Program-made: the position numbers and the translations under genes | Assembly (NCBI RefSeq): GCF_030684315.1 | Contig: NC_081394.1 | Coordinates: forward strand, 6,244,658 to 6,308,657 | Length of the DNA: 64,000 nt | Reading direction: 5' to 3' | Origin: Stegostoma tigrinum | Taxonomy: Eukaryota | Notes under the pieces: generated by a model | The model's input: only the letters and a program-made list of their open reading frames with translations | Told to the model about the DNA's origin: nothing | Databases searched by the model: none | Part shown: positions 50,930-63,967 of the stretch, piece by piece | How positions within the stretch are numbered: the first letter of the stretch is position 1 | Layout: every line of letters starts with the position of its first letter

Positions 50930-51120
50930 TCATGGAAGTGATCACTGGTATCCTACTTCCTCATTTTGACCTGGTGTATCAGCCCTTTCTAATAAAAAAA
51001 CACAGCAGAGGAAAGTGGCATTCAGTCCAAGCAGAGCATCTCAGCACTTACTCCCCAGGCAAACTGTCAGGCCGGACCTGGGTAAGGAACCTAACGGTTA
51101 GAATTCACTTCCATGACCAA
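50930..51120 (+). promoter_or_regulatory. Promoter/non-coding first exon of gene B
   Basis: Inverted homolog of 19070-19260; donor CTGG|gtaagg at 51081; acttcc Ets cores. Confidence 0.55.
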
Positions 51121-51813
51121 TGTCATCCTTTCTTTGGAGGTACATTCACCTGGAAGATTCCCAGTGTGGAGGGACTGTGTTCTGAGCAACGACTAAACAG
51201 GTTGGGACTGTGCTCATCTGAGTTTAGAAGAATGAGAGTTGATCTGATTGAAATGTATGGGATTGTTAAGGGGCTTGACATGGTAAATTCTGGGCATATG
51301 TTTCACCTCATGCGACAGTCTGGGACAGAGGGCACAGTCTCAGAATAAAGGGGCACACACTTAAACTCTGATGAGAGAAGAAATTCCTTCTTATGGGGTT
51401 GTGAGTCTTTGGATCTCTTTGCCAGAGAGAGCTGTGGGGGAAGAGTCCTCTTGTATGTTCAACACTGAAATATATTCTTGATCATTCAAAGGATCATGGT
51501 TAATGGACAAAACGCAGGAACGTGGTTGAGAAATATTGGGTCAGCCGTGATTGAATTGAATTACGGAGCAGGCTCGAGGGGGAAAATCACCTGCTCCTGT
51601 TCCTAATACTTGTAGTCTTAATTTTAAAATCAGATTCCAACAATTGATGTCTTTGACACATTTTTACTCACAAGTAAGATCTGAGAATATGGCTCAAGTC
51701 TGCGAGGGCAATGTCTCAAAACAGTTCTGATCTGTCAACAGCTGTCAGAAAAAGGTGAGGTCTGATTAATTCCCTTTTCTTTCAGAAGCTGATGAAATAT
51801 CTGGGAGTGGACA

Positions 51814-51853
51814 ATGATTGGGAAATCTTATGTCCTGCTGTTTCTTCTTCAAG
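51814..51853 (+). CDS. Gene B leader exon (Siglec/MAG-like)
   Basis: ATG ATT GGG AAA TCT TAT GTC CTG CTG TTT CTT CTT CAA G|gtaatg (MIGKSYVLLFLLQ); acceptor ttttctttcag at 51785. Confidence 0.9.
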
Positions 51854-52086
51854 GTAATGTCATTGTCAGCTCGAACAGATTTATGGTTAATAGTTTTTTT
51901 TATAGATCGTTTTTATTGAACTATGATTTGGAACTAATTCAGCAGTGAGCCAGTGTACAAACTCATACCATGTCCTGTTCACCAACAACCCTGTGCTCAC
52001 TGACATACACTGGCTCCCAGTCTGACAGCAGCATTGGAGGAGCAAAGAGATCTTGGAGGGTTCAAGAGTTGGTGGAGATTACATAG

Positions 52087-52088
<2 letters not shown>

Positions 52089-52120
<32 letters not shown>
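52089..52120. repeat. (GA)n microsatellite
   Basis: Direct sequence. Confidence 0.9.
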
Positions 52121-52124
<4 letters not shown>

Positions 52125-53223
52125 GGGTTTAGAAACAGATGGAGAGAATCATAAAACCAAGGTGTTGATGGATAAGGTACTCAGGTCTGTCAGTGAGTGT
52201 GGGATGACTGGGACATTTCAGAAGTCTGGATAACAACTGGATGGTGATGTAGATCTAGACACCAGGACTCTGATGGCAGTGGCCTGGAGTTTATGTCTTT
52301 TCCTGATTTTAATCCAAATATCCCACAGCAACTCTAGGACAGACAAGATAAGAGAAAGCCTGATTGTCTCTGATCTGTTGCACTTTATAAATTACACAGA
52401 CTCTGAGAACATTGCAGCTCCAGAGGAGATCAATTCATTGCAGATGATTGCAGAGGAAATTTGAAAAGCAGGAATTGGAGGAAAATTGCAAAGGGAAACA
52501 TTTTCATGCTGTGGGGAAAACAGGAGGTCACGGGGACTAATTCGAGAGATCTTTCAAAGAGCTGACCCAAGCAGAATGGACAGAATGGTCTCCATCAGCG
52601 ATGTACAATTCTGCAATCCAATGATTTGATTTCCTTCCCAGAGACCGTTCAGTTTGCTGATGAAGTCAGAGTTGTTCCAGATGGACAGGAAACAATTGGC
52701 TTCCAGTATCAGCCTCGTGTGTGGGGCCAAGTTCCGTTTGAATGACAAAGACTGTGAGACCATCTGTGAAAGCTGTGCACCCAACACAGAGAAAACTCCA
52801 TCACATGAGGAGCTCAGACTAGAGGCACTTTGGTTGATTGTTTCATAGTGTCTGCTGGAGTAGGGTCGATGCTGAGCTTGGGGACAATTCAGTCTCCAAC
52901 ATTGCATCAGAATCACCAATACAGCAATGTGAGGTTTGGAACAGATACAATCCCTTAAACACTGAGGATCCAATGAGACCACTCAGTCAGTGTGGAACTG
53001 AAAAGTAAACGGAAAAGTAAATCCCTCAGACAAAGGGAATCCAAAGGGATCTCTTAAGCAACAATGATGCAAAGACAATGATGATTCAAATAGTTCTCTT
53101 AGACAATGGAGTTCCAAAAAACATCCTCAGACAATGAAGACCTAAAAATTCCCTTAGAAAATGAGGATCTAAAGCAATTCTTATATTATCAATCTGAGGG
53201 CAATAACTTCTTAAGAGTCTTCA

Positions 53224-53351
53224 NNNNNNNNNNNNNNNNNNNNNNNNNNNNNNNNNNNNNNNNNNNNNNNNNNNNNNNNNNNNNNNNNNNNNNNNNNNNN
53301 NNNNNNNNNNNNNNNNNNNNNNNNNNNNNNNNNNNNNNNNNNNNNNNNNNN
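53224..53351. other. Assembly gap (N run) inside gene B leader-V intron
   Basis: Run of N; contiguity of leader and V exon depends on the scaffold join. Confidence 1.
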
Positions 53352-54714
53352 AAAACAGCTTGGGGCTGAGTGGCTTGGAGGGGAACTTGCATCTTGCTGA
53401 TGGTACACACTGTTGCTTCTGAGCACCAGTGGTGGAAGGAGTGAAGATGCCATTAAAACTGAAATGAAGATGAATTTTGAATGTTTGGAAATCTCACCTG
53501 AAAATGGAAGCAGATGGGTCATTTGGTATATTCAATGCTGAGAGGAGACTTCTTATTGACATAAATAAAGACATTAGAAGGGGTGGGCAGGAAGGTGGAG
53601 TTCAGTTCACAATCAGATCAACTTATTAACTAGTGGATCAGGCTGGAGAGGCTAAATGGCAGACTCCTGCTCATATTCCTTGTTAAATATAAACAGAAAT
53701 TACTGAAGAAACTCAGCAGGTCCAGGCATATCTGTGGTAAGAGAAACAGAATTATCATTTTATTTCCAATATGACTCTTCCTCAAGATGCCTTTTATCTG
53801 TGGTCTTGATTTATCAATGACTTATCGAACCTTTCTCCCTCATTCACAAACATGTAGATCTCCGATGATCACCGTCACATGTTCCTCAGATTGGCACATT
53901 TCTGTTTGTGGTCAGTCATAGTGTTAGTGAAAAGGAAACTCGACTTGTGAGGCAAACTTATGTTCTTTAAAATTAAAATTGAAACATTCTTTGCGTCTAT
54001 TAATCATCTCCATGGGGCGAAATTACTGTAAATGTAGTTTGACACAGACTAATGCAAAGTCCTATATTTTGTATGGCGGAAAAGAGAGACATTTTGTTGG
54101 AACTTTTCATCTCAGACTTATCAGGGCACATTCAAGAACAGCAAATTTCATACGGTAAAAACGGGCCTGATTGGTTGACAAATAAATAATCCATCAGAGG
54201 TGACAGGGTGTAGAACTGGATGAACACAGCAGGCCAAGCAGCATCAGTGGAGCAGGAAAGCTGACGTTTCAGGTCTAGACCCTTCTTCAGAAATGGAGGA
54301 GGAGAAGGGGATTCTGAAATAAATCGGGAGCAAGGGGGAGGCAAATAGAAGATGGATAAAGGAGAAGATAGGTGGAGAGGAGACAGATTGTCTGAAATAT
54401 TCGATCAGAGGCAACTTGTCATTTTTTTCAATTTAAACCATCACTGACAGGCACATCAAAATCACTATTTTGAAATTGCCTTCAATTCCACCAGCTGCAC
54501 AACAACAGTCAAAATGATATCTCCTTAAAAGACCCCTTTTCTGTCGATCCAATGTTTCAAACTAGTGATTTCATGAGTCATGCTCATCAGGAAAATTAAA
54601 ACTCCACACATGTCTGGAGAAACTCATCGAAGAACAGTCTTCCAGTTACTACTTATATCAACATGGAAATGATGATGAGGCACATAGCTAATTTGGCATA
54701 TCACACAAATAACG

Positions 54715-56705
54715 GCAGCTCTGAAAGTGTGCACTCACTTAGTACTGACCTTCTGAAAGTGTGACACTCCTACAGCACTGACCTTTCAACAGTAGACCAC
54801 TCCACAAGTACTGATGCTCTGACAATGCAACCTCCCTCAGCACTGACCCTGCGATTGTGCAGCACTCCATCACTACTGATCCTCCGACACAGCGGCACTC
54901 TCTCAGCATTGACCCTCTGACAGAGCAGCACTCCCTCACTACTGACTGTCCGACATTGCAGCACTTACAGTGCAACACACCCTTACCACTGATGTTCTGA
55001 TGGTGCAGCACTCCCTCAGTTCTGACCCTCCAACAATGCAGCACTCTCTGTACTGACCCACTGACAGTGCGGCGCTCCTACAGCACTGATCCTCTGACAG
55101 TGCGGCGCTCCTTCAGTACTGACCTTTTGACATTGCAGAACTCACTCAGTACTGAGCCGTCCGAGAGTGCGGCATTCCCTTGGTAATGAAATTCCAACAG
55201 TGCAGCAGTTATTCAGTACCGACCTTTTGGCAGTGCAGCACTCCCTCAGCACTGACCCTCCAACAGCAGTCTCTCAGTACTGAAACTCCCACATTTCGGC
55301 CCTCCTTCAGCACTGACACTCCGACAGCGAGCAACTCTCTCAGAATTGATAGTCTAACCCTAAGCCTAACCCTAACCCTATCGCAAGTGCAGCCCTTCCT
55401 CAGTACTGACCAATTGGTAGATAGCACACTCTCAGTACTGACCCTCCAATAGTGCAGCTCTCCTTCAGCACTGACCCTCAAGAAGTGGGCAACTCCCTCA
55501 GTACTGATGCTCTGACAGTGCATCCCTCCGTCAGCATTGACCTACTAGTAGGGCAGCATTCTCTTACTACTGACCCTTCAACAATGCAGCACTACTTCAG
55601 TAATGACCATCCAACAGTGCAGCACTGCCATCAGTAATGACCCTCCAACAAGGCAGCACTCCCTCAACACTGACCCTCCGACATTGCAGCACTTCAGTAC
55701 TTACCCTCTGAGAATGCAGCATTTTGTTGGTAATGACCCTGTGACAGTGCAGCACTCCCTCACTACTGACCAACTGACGCTGCAGCACTCAGTCAGCATT
55801 AGATCCTCCGACAGTGTAGCACTCCCTTCCTACTGATCCTCTGATGATGCAGCACTCCCTCAGTACTGACCCACCGACAGTGCGACTCTCCTTCAGCACT
55901 GACCCTCTGATAGTGTGGCACTTCCTCAGTACTGACCGTTCGACACTTTAGCACTCGCTCAGTAGTGAGCCATCTGAGAGTGCAGCACTCCCTTGGTAAT
56001 GAAATTCCAACAGTGCAACATTACCTCAGTACTGACCCTCGAACAGTGTAGCACTCCCTCAGTACTGATCTTCCAACATTATGGCACTCTGTCAGCACTG
56101 CCTCTCCGACAGTGAGCAACTCCCTCAGTATTGGACCCTCTGACAGCGGCATTGCTTCAGCACTGACCCTCCCATACAGCGCCGCTCCTCAGCACTGACC
56201 CTCCAACAGAGTGGTGCTCCCTCAGCATTGACCCTCCGACAGAGTTGCGCTCCCTTAATACTGACCCTTCAACAGTGCGACAGTCCCTCAGTACTGGCCC
56301 TCTGACAGTGCAGTACTCCCTCAGTACAGATCCTATGACAGAGCAGTGTTCCCTCAGCACTGACCCTTCAACACAGCGGTGCTCCCTCAGCACTGACCCT
56401 CCAACACAGCAGCACTCCCTCAGCACTGACCTTCCGACAGAGCGATGCTCCCTTAGCATTGACCCACTGACAGCTACCTCATCACTGATCCTCCCACAGT
56501 GTGGCACTCCGTCAGCCCTGACCCTTCGACAGTGTGGCACATCCTCAGCACTGACTCTCCGACAGAGTGGCGCTCCCTCAGCAGTAACTCACTGACAGAG
56601 CGGTGCTCCCTGAGCACTGACCCTCCAACAATGTGGTTCTCCCTTAGCACTGACCCTCCGACAGTGCGGCACTCCCTCAGTAGAACATCCGACAGTGCGG
56701 CACTC
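54715..56705 (+). repeat. 33-bp minisatellite, ~2 kb array in gene B intron
   Basis: Tandem units; a further inverted array lies at ~57885-58130. Confidence 0.95.
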
Positions 56706-57398
56706 TGGATCTCAGGATCTTCCCAGTCTCAACAAAACCCCAATGAGCTATGCTCCCAACCTGCTCAACCTTGTCTCAAGGTCTGTCATAATCATCAGGG
56801 GCTTTTGTGACCCAGTAACTGCATTGCATTTTATTCATTTTAGTTTTGAATTTTTTAAGTATCTCTTGCAGTGTTGACAAACTTTAATCTGCTTTAATTT
56901 AGCCAATTAAATCTGAATAAAATAGCTCAAAACACTCACTTTATAAGACCCTTAAAATGGAAGAGTCAATGATGTATCCTCTTGTGGACAAGTCCAGAAC
57001 TAGCTAACTCGAAGTTAAAATTACAGGTCACCTTTTAAAAACAGAGCATGTGTGACTTTGGGACTCTCTGCCTCAGAAGGCAGTGAAAATGGGAACAGTG
57101 AATATTTTTAAAGTGGGGGAAGGGGGTAGATTTTTGATCAGCCAAGAAATCAATGGCTATTGGGGAGAGATGGGAATGTGGAATTCTAAACACAAACTGA
57201 TCAGACATGACCTTATTGATTGGTGGAACAGGATTAAGGGGATGAATGGCCTACTTCTGCTCCAGATTCAGATGTTCACACACACTATGTGCTGTTATCC
57301 ATGTAAACAGTCAACCAGATTACCCTGTATTCTATTTCCAAATACAATCATAATCGGTTCCGTAATGTCCGGTACCTCTCCCTGTCTCTCTCACTCAG

Positions 57399-57755
57399 GC
57401 GTGGCAACAGAAGAATGGACCATGACAACTGCAGCTCGGAAGGCTATCAGTGGTTCATGTGTGGTTTTACCCTGTACCTTTGACTTTCCTTCGCACCCTT
57501 ACAAGGCCGTGCAGGGAGCTTGGTTTAAATACTGGTATTACTGGAAATACGCTGTCGTCTACAGCAAAGACCCCAATTATGGGATGCCCACCTTTGTTGG
57601 ACGTACAGGTATAATTGGAGACTTGGAGCAGAAGGATTGCTCCTTGAAAATTAACAACCTCAGGCCTGAAGACAGTGACAACTATTATTTTTATGTGGAT
57701 GTGGAAGGATTCGACGTTTACACCTTCAAAGAACCAGCCCATCTAAAGGTTCTTG
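57399..57755 (+). CDS. Gene B Siglec-type V-set Ig exon
   Basis: 357 nt, phase 1-1, tcactcag|GC GTG...GTT CTT G|gtaagt; EEWTM, SGSCVVLPCTFDFP, GAWFK, FVGRTGIIGDLEQKDCSLKINNLRPEDSDNYYFYVD: Siglec three-Cys pattern. Confidence 0.95.
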
Positions 57756-58534
57756 GTAAGTCCCAGAACATGTGACAGTCCATCAGTTCAGGGGGATATG
57801 GGCCATACCTCTTAGGCTGAAAGTTGTGAGTTCAGGTCTTACTGCAGGAGGTATCAACATGAACTTCAAATGGGTGTGATCCCAGACTGCTGCACTGTTG
57901 GAGGGTCAGTACTGAGGATGTGCCCCACTGTGGGAGGGTCAATACTGAGGGAGTGCCACACTGTCGGAGGGTCAGTGATGAGGGAGTGCCGCACTGTCAG
58001 AGGGTCAGTGCTGAGATAGTGCCACACTGTCAGAGGGGTCAGTACTCAGGGAGTGCCATACTGTTGTTGGGTCAGTACAGAGGGAGTGCTGCACTGTCGG
58101 AGAGTCAATGCTGAGGGAGCACTGCATTATTGACAAATTGGTAGATGAGTCTAATAAGTGCCGATTATGTTGGTTCCCACTTCTGCCACATCACTGAGTG
58201 ATCAGCCATGATCATACTGAATTGTAGGGCAGGTTTGAAGGGCTGACTCCTGTTTTCTAAGTTTCTAAGAGGAGTTGTAATCTGGAACTCGCTGTCTGCA
58301 AGGTGGGGTAGAAGATGTTTTGATCAATCATTCCAAAAGAAAACTGGATGGACACTTGAGGGAAATAAATTCACAGAATGATGGGAAGTGGTCAGGATTG
58401 CTTGGGCATGGATTGGATTGGGCTATTGCCCTTGAGTTTTTAAGAGTCCAGATTCCAATCCCAATACAAAACTATAGAATCAACCCAAATACATTTCCAA
58501 AGAATGCTATCATCTGGCTATTTTCATTTTACAG

Positions 58535-58822
58535 ATGTTCCTGACCGTCCTGAGATGTTACTCCCGAGGGATTTACGGGAAGGGACGTCAGCTTATATAA
58601 TCTGTAAAGCCCTCCACACTTGCCCTGATAACCCTCCCAAACTGACCTGGAGTGAGCTGCCATCTTCCTCAGTCAGTGACACCACAGAGAGCGAGGGCGA
58701 GATTTTTACAGTGCTGACCTTTAACCCTTCACACATACACCACCATCAAACTGTCCGCTGTACTTGTGAATACCCTCAAACCAACCATCGAGTGTTCAAC
58801 TCGGTCACCTTGAGTGTGAAGT
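58535..58822 (+). CDS. Gene B second Ig (C2) exon
   Basis: 288 nt, phase 1-1; DVPDRPEM...IICKALHTCPDNPPKLTW...LTFNPSHIHHHQTVRC; the extra HTCP Cys is the expected partner of the V-set Cys. Confidence 0.95.
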
Positions 58823-61800
58823 GTAAGTTATTGCTGCCTGTGACTGAGATGGTGTCAATCTTGCATTGAATCAGGTATTGGGAAAGGATTTATAAAGGGT
58901 GATCCCAGAACTGACAGGTTACAGCCGTCAGGAGAGACTGAACAGTCTGAGGCTCTTTTCTCTTGAAAAGCGGAAGCTGAGGGGATGACCTTTAAAATTC
59001 TGAAAAGGATGTTGTTCGAGGAGACAGAGAGAAGATGGTTCCATTTGTGGGGAGCGGGGGAGACCAGAATAAGGGTCATCAATAGCAGACAGTCCCAAAT
59101 AAATCCAATGGGGCAATTCAGGAGAAACATCTTCCCTCTAGATAGTGGCTTGAGAATGTGGGACTTGCTGCCCTCGGGAGTTTGCAGGGGGTAATGTAGG
59201 ACTCACTGCGTAAGGAGTTGGGGGAATGTGTGACTTGCTCCCACAGGAAGTGGTCAAATTCAATCGTGTTGATATGATGAAATAGGGGATGCTGGAGAAG
59301 CACACGAATGGGCGAGAGATGCAAGGAGCTGGTGTGAAACAGATTAGAGGGGGCGTTCCTGCTGTGTGGTCTCATTGTAAAGTAATTTGAGAGTCAGGAA
59401 CCAGCACAGGTTAAACATTGAGTGTCTGCAGCTCGTGAGTATATTCAATTCCTATCTAAATCCGGCTGTTATTCCCTGTCCCTAATTGCTCCTTCAGAAG
59501 GTGGCACAGAGCCACCATCTTGAACCGTTGCAGCCCTCATGCTGTAGATGGACCCACAAAGCCCTTAGGCAGGGAATGTCAGGATTTTGACACCAGAGTT
59601 CCTGAAGGAATGGTGATATATTACCAAGACAGAATGGCGAGTATCTTGGGGAACATGTAGCTCCTGCTGTTCCAATTGTCCTTGTGCTTCCAGATGGAAT
59701 GGCTGAGATTTTGGAAGGTTCTGCCTACAAAGCCTTAAGTGACACGGTGACCCAGTGGTTCGCACCGTGTCGGACAGGGGTGGACAAGGTCAGAAGTCAC
59801 ACCATGCCAGGTTATAAACCAGCAGGTTCAATTGAAATCTCAAGCTTTCTGAGTGCTGTCCCTTCAGCAGGTGAAGTGAAGAAAATCACATAGGCACAGA
59901 ATTTATAGGCAGAGAGATGAATATGCAGACAAATCAAAAGATTCAGGCAGATGGTGTGAGTGGAGTGTCGAATAATGAATCTCTGCAGGTGATCAAAAGT
60001 GTCAACAGTGTGAGGAAAGCGTCAACAGCTGAATAGTAGGTGAAGTGGATGATCAATAATCCAATTAATTGAGGCAGAGAGATACAAGAAAAAATGAAGT
60101 GGTGCTGGTGACAAACCAAATGGCTGGAATAACATAATAGGTATAAGAGACACATGCCAGCGGTCTAACTAAAGTAATAAGTACTCCAAAACCATACAAA
60201 CTAATTAAGGTAGTGAGATCATAATAAGGTGATGCTGTCAGAACAGGACAATAAGGAAGGTTTTACAAATATAGATCAGTATGGTGGGGTTATATGTAGC
60301 GTAACATGAACCTGAGATCATGGTTGAGGCCATCATCATGGATGTGCTGGTCAGTTTCTGCTCATCAATTCTACATTGTTGTATATCTCTTTGACTGCTA
60401 AACTGGGAGGGAACATTTCTCTCTGGCAATTGTTGCACTGTATCCATTCATCCATTGAGTTTTTGGGGAGGATGCGGGACTTACATCCACATGAGTGGGG
60501 GAAATAAAGCTCTCACTCCCATGGGAGTGGTTAAGAGAAAGTTGGACTAATTCTCACAAGGAGTAGAAAGGAGAATATGGGACTCATTCTCATAGGGAGT
60601 GGCGCGAATGTGGGCCTCACTTCCACAGAAATATCGGGGGCGGGGGGACGATAGAATGTAAGAAGTGGCCAAGGTGAATCGTGTCAATATATTGAAGTGG
60701 TGGTGGCGGCTGTATATGTGGGATAAAGGAATGGATGGAAATAGTGATAGGAGGAATATAAGGAGGAGTGAGAGAAGGTTTTGAATTTCTGAAACACTGG
60801 CATGGAGCAGAGGATACATTTCTTTCTTGTATTTTATTGTAATGCTGTATTAAAGCATCTGCAGTACAGGGACCAGTGCAGTTTATTGAATGCTAAACAT
60901 GTACCTGTATCCAAGTTAAATTCTTATCCAAATCCTGTAATTAAAAATCACTCCTATGTAGTCATCAACATAATGTGGACGGCACTGGCTGGACCAGTAT
61001 TTACTACCTGTCCCCAATTATCCCCTGAGAAGGTGGTGTTGAGCTGTCTTCTTGAATTACTGCAGTCCATGTGCTATAGGTAACACAATTAAGGGAGGCA
61101 GTCCCAGGATTTTGAAACTGGCAACACTGAAGGTATGGTGATATATTTCCAAGTTGGGATAGTGAGTGACTCGGAGGGCAATACGTCTGTCAGAATGAGA
61201 CCGAAAGTCACGGAGCTGATGTTACCTGGTCAAACCATAACTGTCATTCATGGATTTGAGGTGGAAATCTCCTACTCCTGTGTCGTAACAAACAGCTTGG
61301 ACATCCCAGTTTCTCCCTGTCCAAATTCCAATAGAGTGTGAGCAATTTCACATCTTTTCAGACCTTTAGAATGCTCTAAACACCCTGTAATTTAGTACTG
61401 TGTCATTCAGAGCCTCTAATGCTCTCTCAAATGGGTCCTGGTACATGCATTAAATAGACATTTGTAGAGTTGCAGCAGGTGCTTTGGAATCTAAGTGGGA
61501 TGTTGATGGTTGTTGCAATGTGATTCGGGAATAAAAGTCTGGGAGGTGTTTTCTACAACTGTTTAGGGTGCTGAACATATCTGGGGCACTGTGTGTAGTT
61601 GTGGACTCCTAACTGAAGCAGGAGAGATGGTGGTGTGTGAATATTGTCACTGGTCTAATAATCCAGACATCCTGGCTCATGCTTTGGGAGACACAGGTTC
61701 AACCCTGTGGCAGATGGCAAAAATGTGGAATAAAAAAAATCTTGTGGCCATGCAACCAGTCAATTTTTGTACAAAGCCCTCAGGTTGACGAATGACCTTC

Positions 61801-63685
61801 ACATAAGGAAATTTGCTGTTCTTATTGGGGCTGTCCTTCTTGTTACCCCAGTCCCACAGCAAGATAGTTGATTCTTAACAGTCCTCTGAAACAGTCCCAA
61901 CAAGACAGTCAGTGTGGAACTGGAGGAAGACACCAGGCCAGGCAGTATCAGAGGAGCAAGAAAGTTGACATTTGGGGTCTGGACCCTTCTTCAGGAAAAT
62001 GAAGAAGGTTGTGCATTTGAGTATTATATCACATAATCATACCACAGGTGAGGCAGATAGAGAATGTGCGAATACCTGGCAATCCAAGAGAAACAGGCAG
62101 GTAATGCATTAGTTCCCCATGGTCCCACACAGCAGCTGGTTTTCTGTCTGGATGCTGGTGACAGATCTCTGGAGAAGCACAGCAGCACACAAGGCCAAGA
62201 TACCATGGGTGGCCCAGATCTACAGGGGAGGTGAGGGAAGAGTGGAAGTGCAGTACCAGGTGGGGATTCTTTAGGGATAGACAAATATTTCTGCAGCTGT
62301 CAACTCTGACTCCAAGCTAAAATACAGACAGATTCTAAACAAGGCCTCACATCTAACATGCATTGCATGACCTGAGATGTTTCCTCTGGTATAATAATAA
62401 AACCTTTAGTTATCTCAGGGCAGTGACTTGAAAGAAATTCTTGGATTTTCATATTTATGAACAGAAATCTGCATCTTCTTTCTAAGCGATTAAAGATTTA
62501 ACAGTCATCTTAGATTTGTTCAATACATTCATATCAATGATGCGTATAAATTTTTTGCGTATAAATTTTGTGTCCGATGACGGAGGAAGGACAGAGACTC
62601 CGAAAACATAGGTTTTCAAATAAGCCTGTTGAACTATAACCCGATATCGTATGATTTTTGACAATGCCACTCTAAGATAGTGTGATGCTCGCCAGAGTCA
62701 GGGATTTCATAGGACAATCCTTCTGGGTGAGCGAGAACAGCTGGAAGATGATGTGGCCAAATTGGGTCGACAAGCTCTGTGTAGGCTCAGGTTTGCTCAC
62801 ACAGCTGCTGAAAAGCTAACTGAAGGTCACTCCTTCTGTGCGGTAGCAGCACATGAAGAGGTCCCAGCCACCATCTGAACATCCCATTCCGTTCAACCTA
62901 GGAACTTGTCGTTGCAGCTATGTTAGGACTCAGAAGTAGTCCAGGGAGCCAGTAGCTAAATGTTGGAATAAGGATTTAGAAAAAAAAGGCCTGGAATTCA
63001 TTTATTCATTCAGAATAAATCCAGTGGTATGTCAGAAAGAAATTCGACTTCCATATTTAACATTGAGATATGATGAACCACAGTGTCATTAATATCTGGG
63101 GTACTGCTCAAAGATCTGTTTTCACCTCATTTTTCATTAAATGTGCTCTAGAATGTCTTTAATCACAGTTTATTTGTTAGTCATATTGATCTCAGTTTAA
63201 TTCTGGATGTCAGAATATATGTGGTACATACATTGGAGACTGTCCCTCTGCATCAGAAATCTTATTTCTGTTTATTCAAAACTATTGAATCACGTGGCTT
63301 TATTTTCTTAGTAAATATCTGACAAATCAAATGCTTTCTACTTGCTAAAATGAACAGACTGGCCAGCAGACAGATTTTGGCCTGATCTGGAGTGGAGTCA
63401 TACCGTATCACTTAATAATGCAATGAATAAATATTATCCAATAGCTGACAAGAACCTGGGGTCATACTGAGGACATGAAAATAACTTTTTTTTCTTTCCC
63501 AATGGATAGCAGCTCTGGTGGTGAGAGAAAATAATGACAGCTTACGTGTGCAATATCCATTAGAAGTATCACGTAGAAACTTACATAGCTGGAAAGTGAA
63601 TGAAAAATCAGAAGCACCAAATGCAGAAAAGACAGAGTTATGCTGTGCACTGTTCTGTCACAATATTCTCTTCCTTCACTTTCAG

Positions 63686-63967
63686 ATGCACCACAGAATC
63701 TCTCAATTACTTCCCCTCATATAATTCAAGGTTCATCAATCAATATAAATGAGGGGAATTCTGCAGTGCTAATCTGCTCTGTTGAGAGTTTCCCAGCTTC
63801 TAATCTGATGTGGAGACATCTTAATGCCACAATGAACAAAACAAGTTCCAACAATGAGCTGTGGTTGGAGATTCCTCACATTGCACACAGTGAAACTGGA
63901 GACTATCAGTGTTTGGCAGAGAATGCACATGGAGCAGTGGAGGGCTCTATAACCATCACTTTGGAAT
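63686..63967 (+). CDS. Gene B third Ig (C2) exon; gene continues beyond the window
   Basis: 282 nt, phase 1-1, ctttcag|AT GCA CCA...TTG GAA T|gtgagt; YAPQNLSI...EGNSAVLICSVESFPASNLMW...ETGDYQCLAENAHG; correct frame absent from the ORF track. Confidence 0.95.

Noticed and set aside
52250-53220. Short ORFs before the assembly gap
   Set aside because: No recognisable domain or consistent exon boundaries
57083-57398. N-terminal extension of the 230-aa ORF
   Set aside because: Intronic CR1-derived sequence that happens to be in frame; the exon starts at the 57399 acceptor
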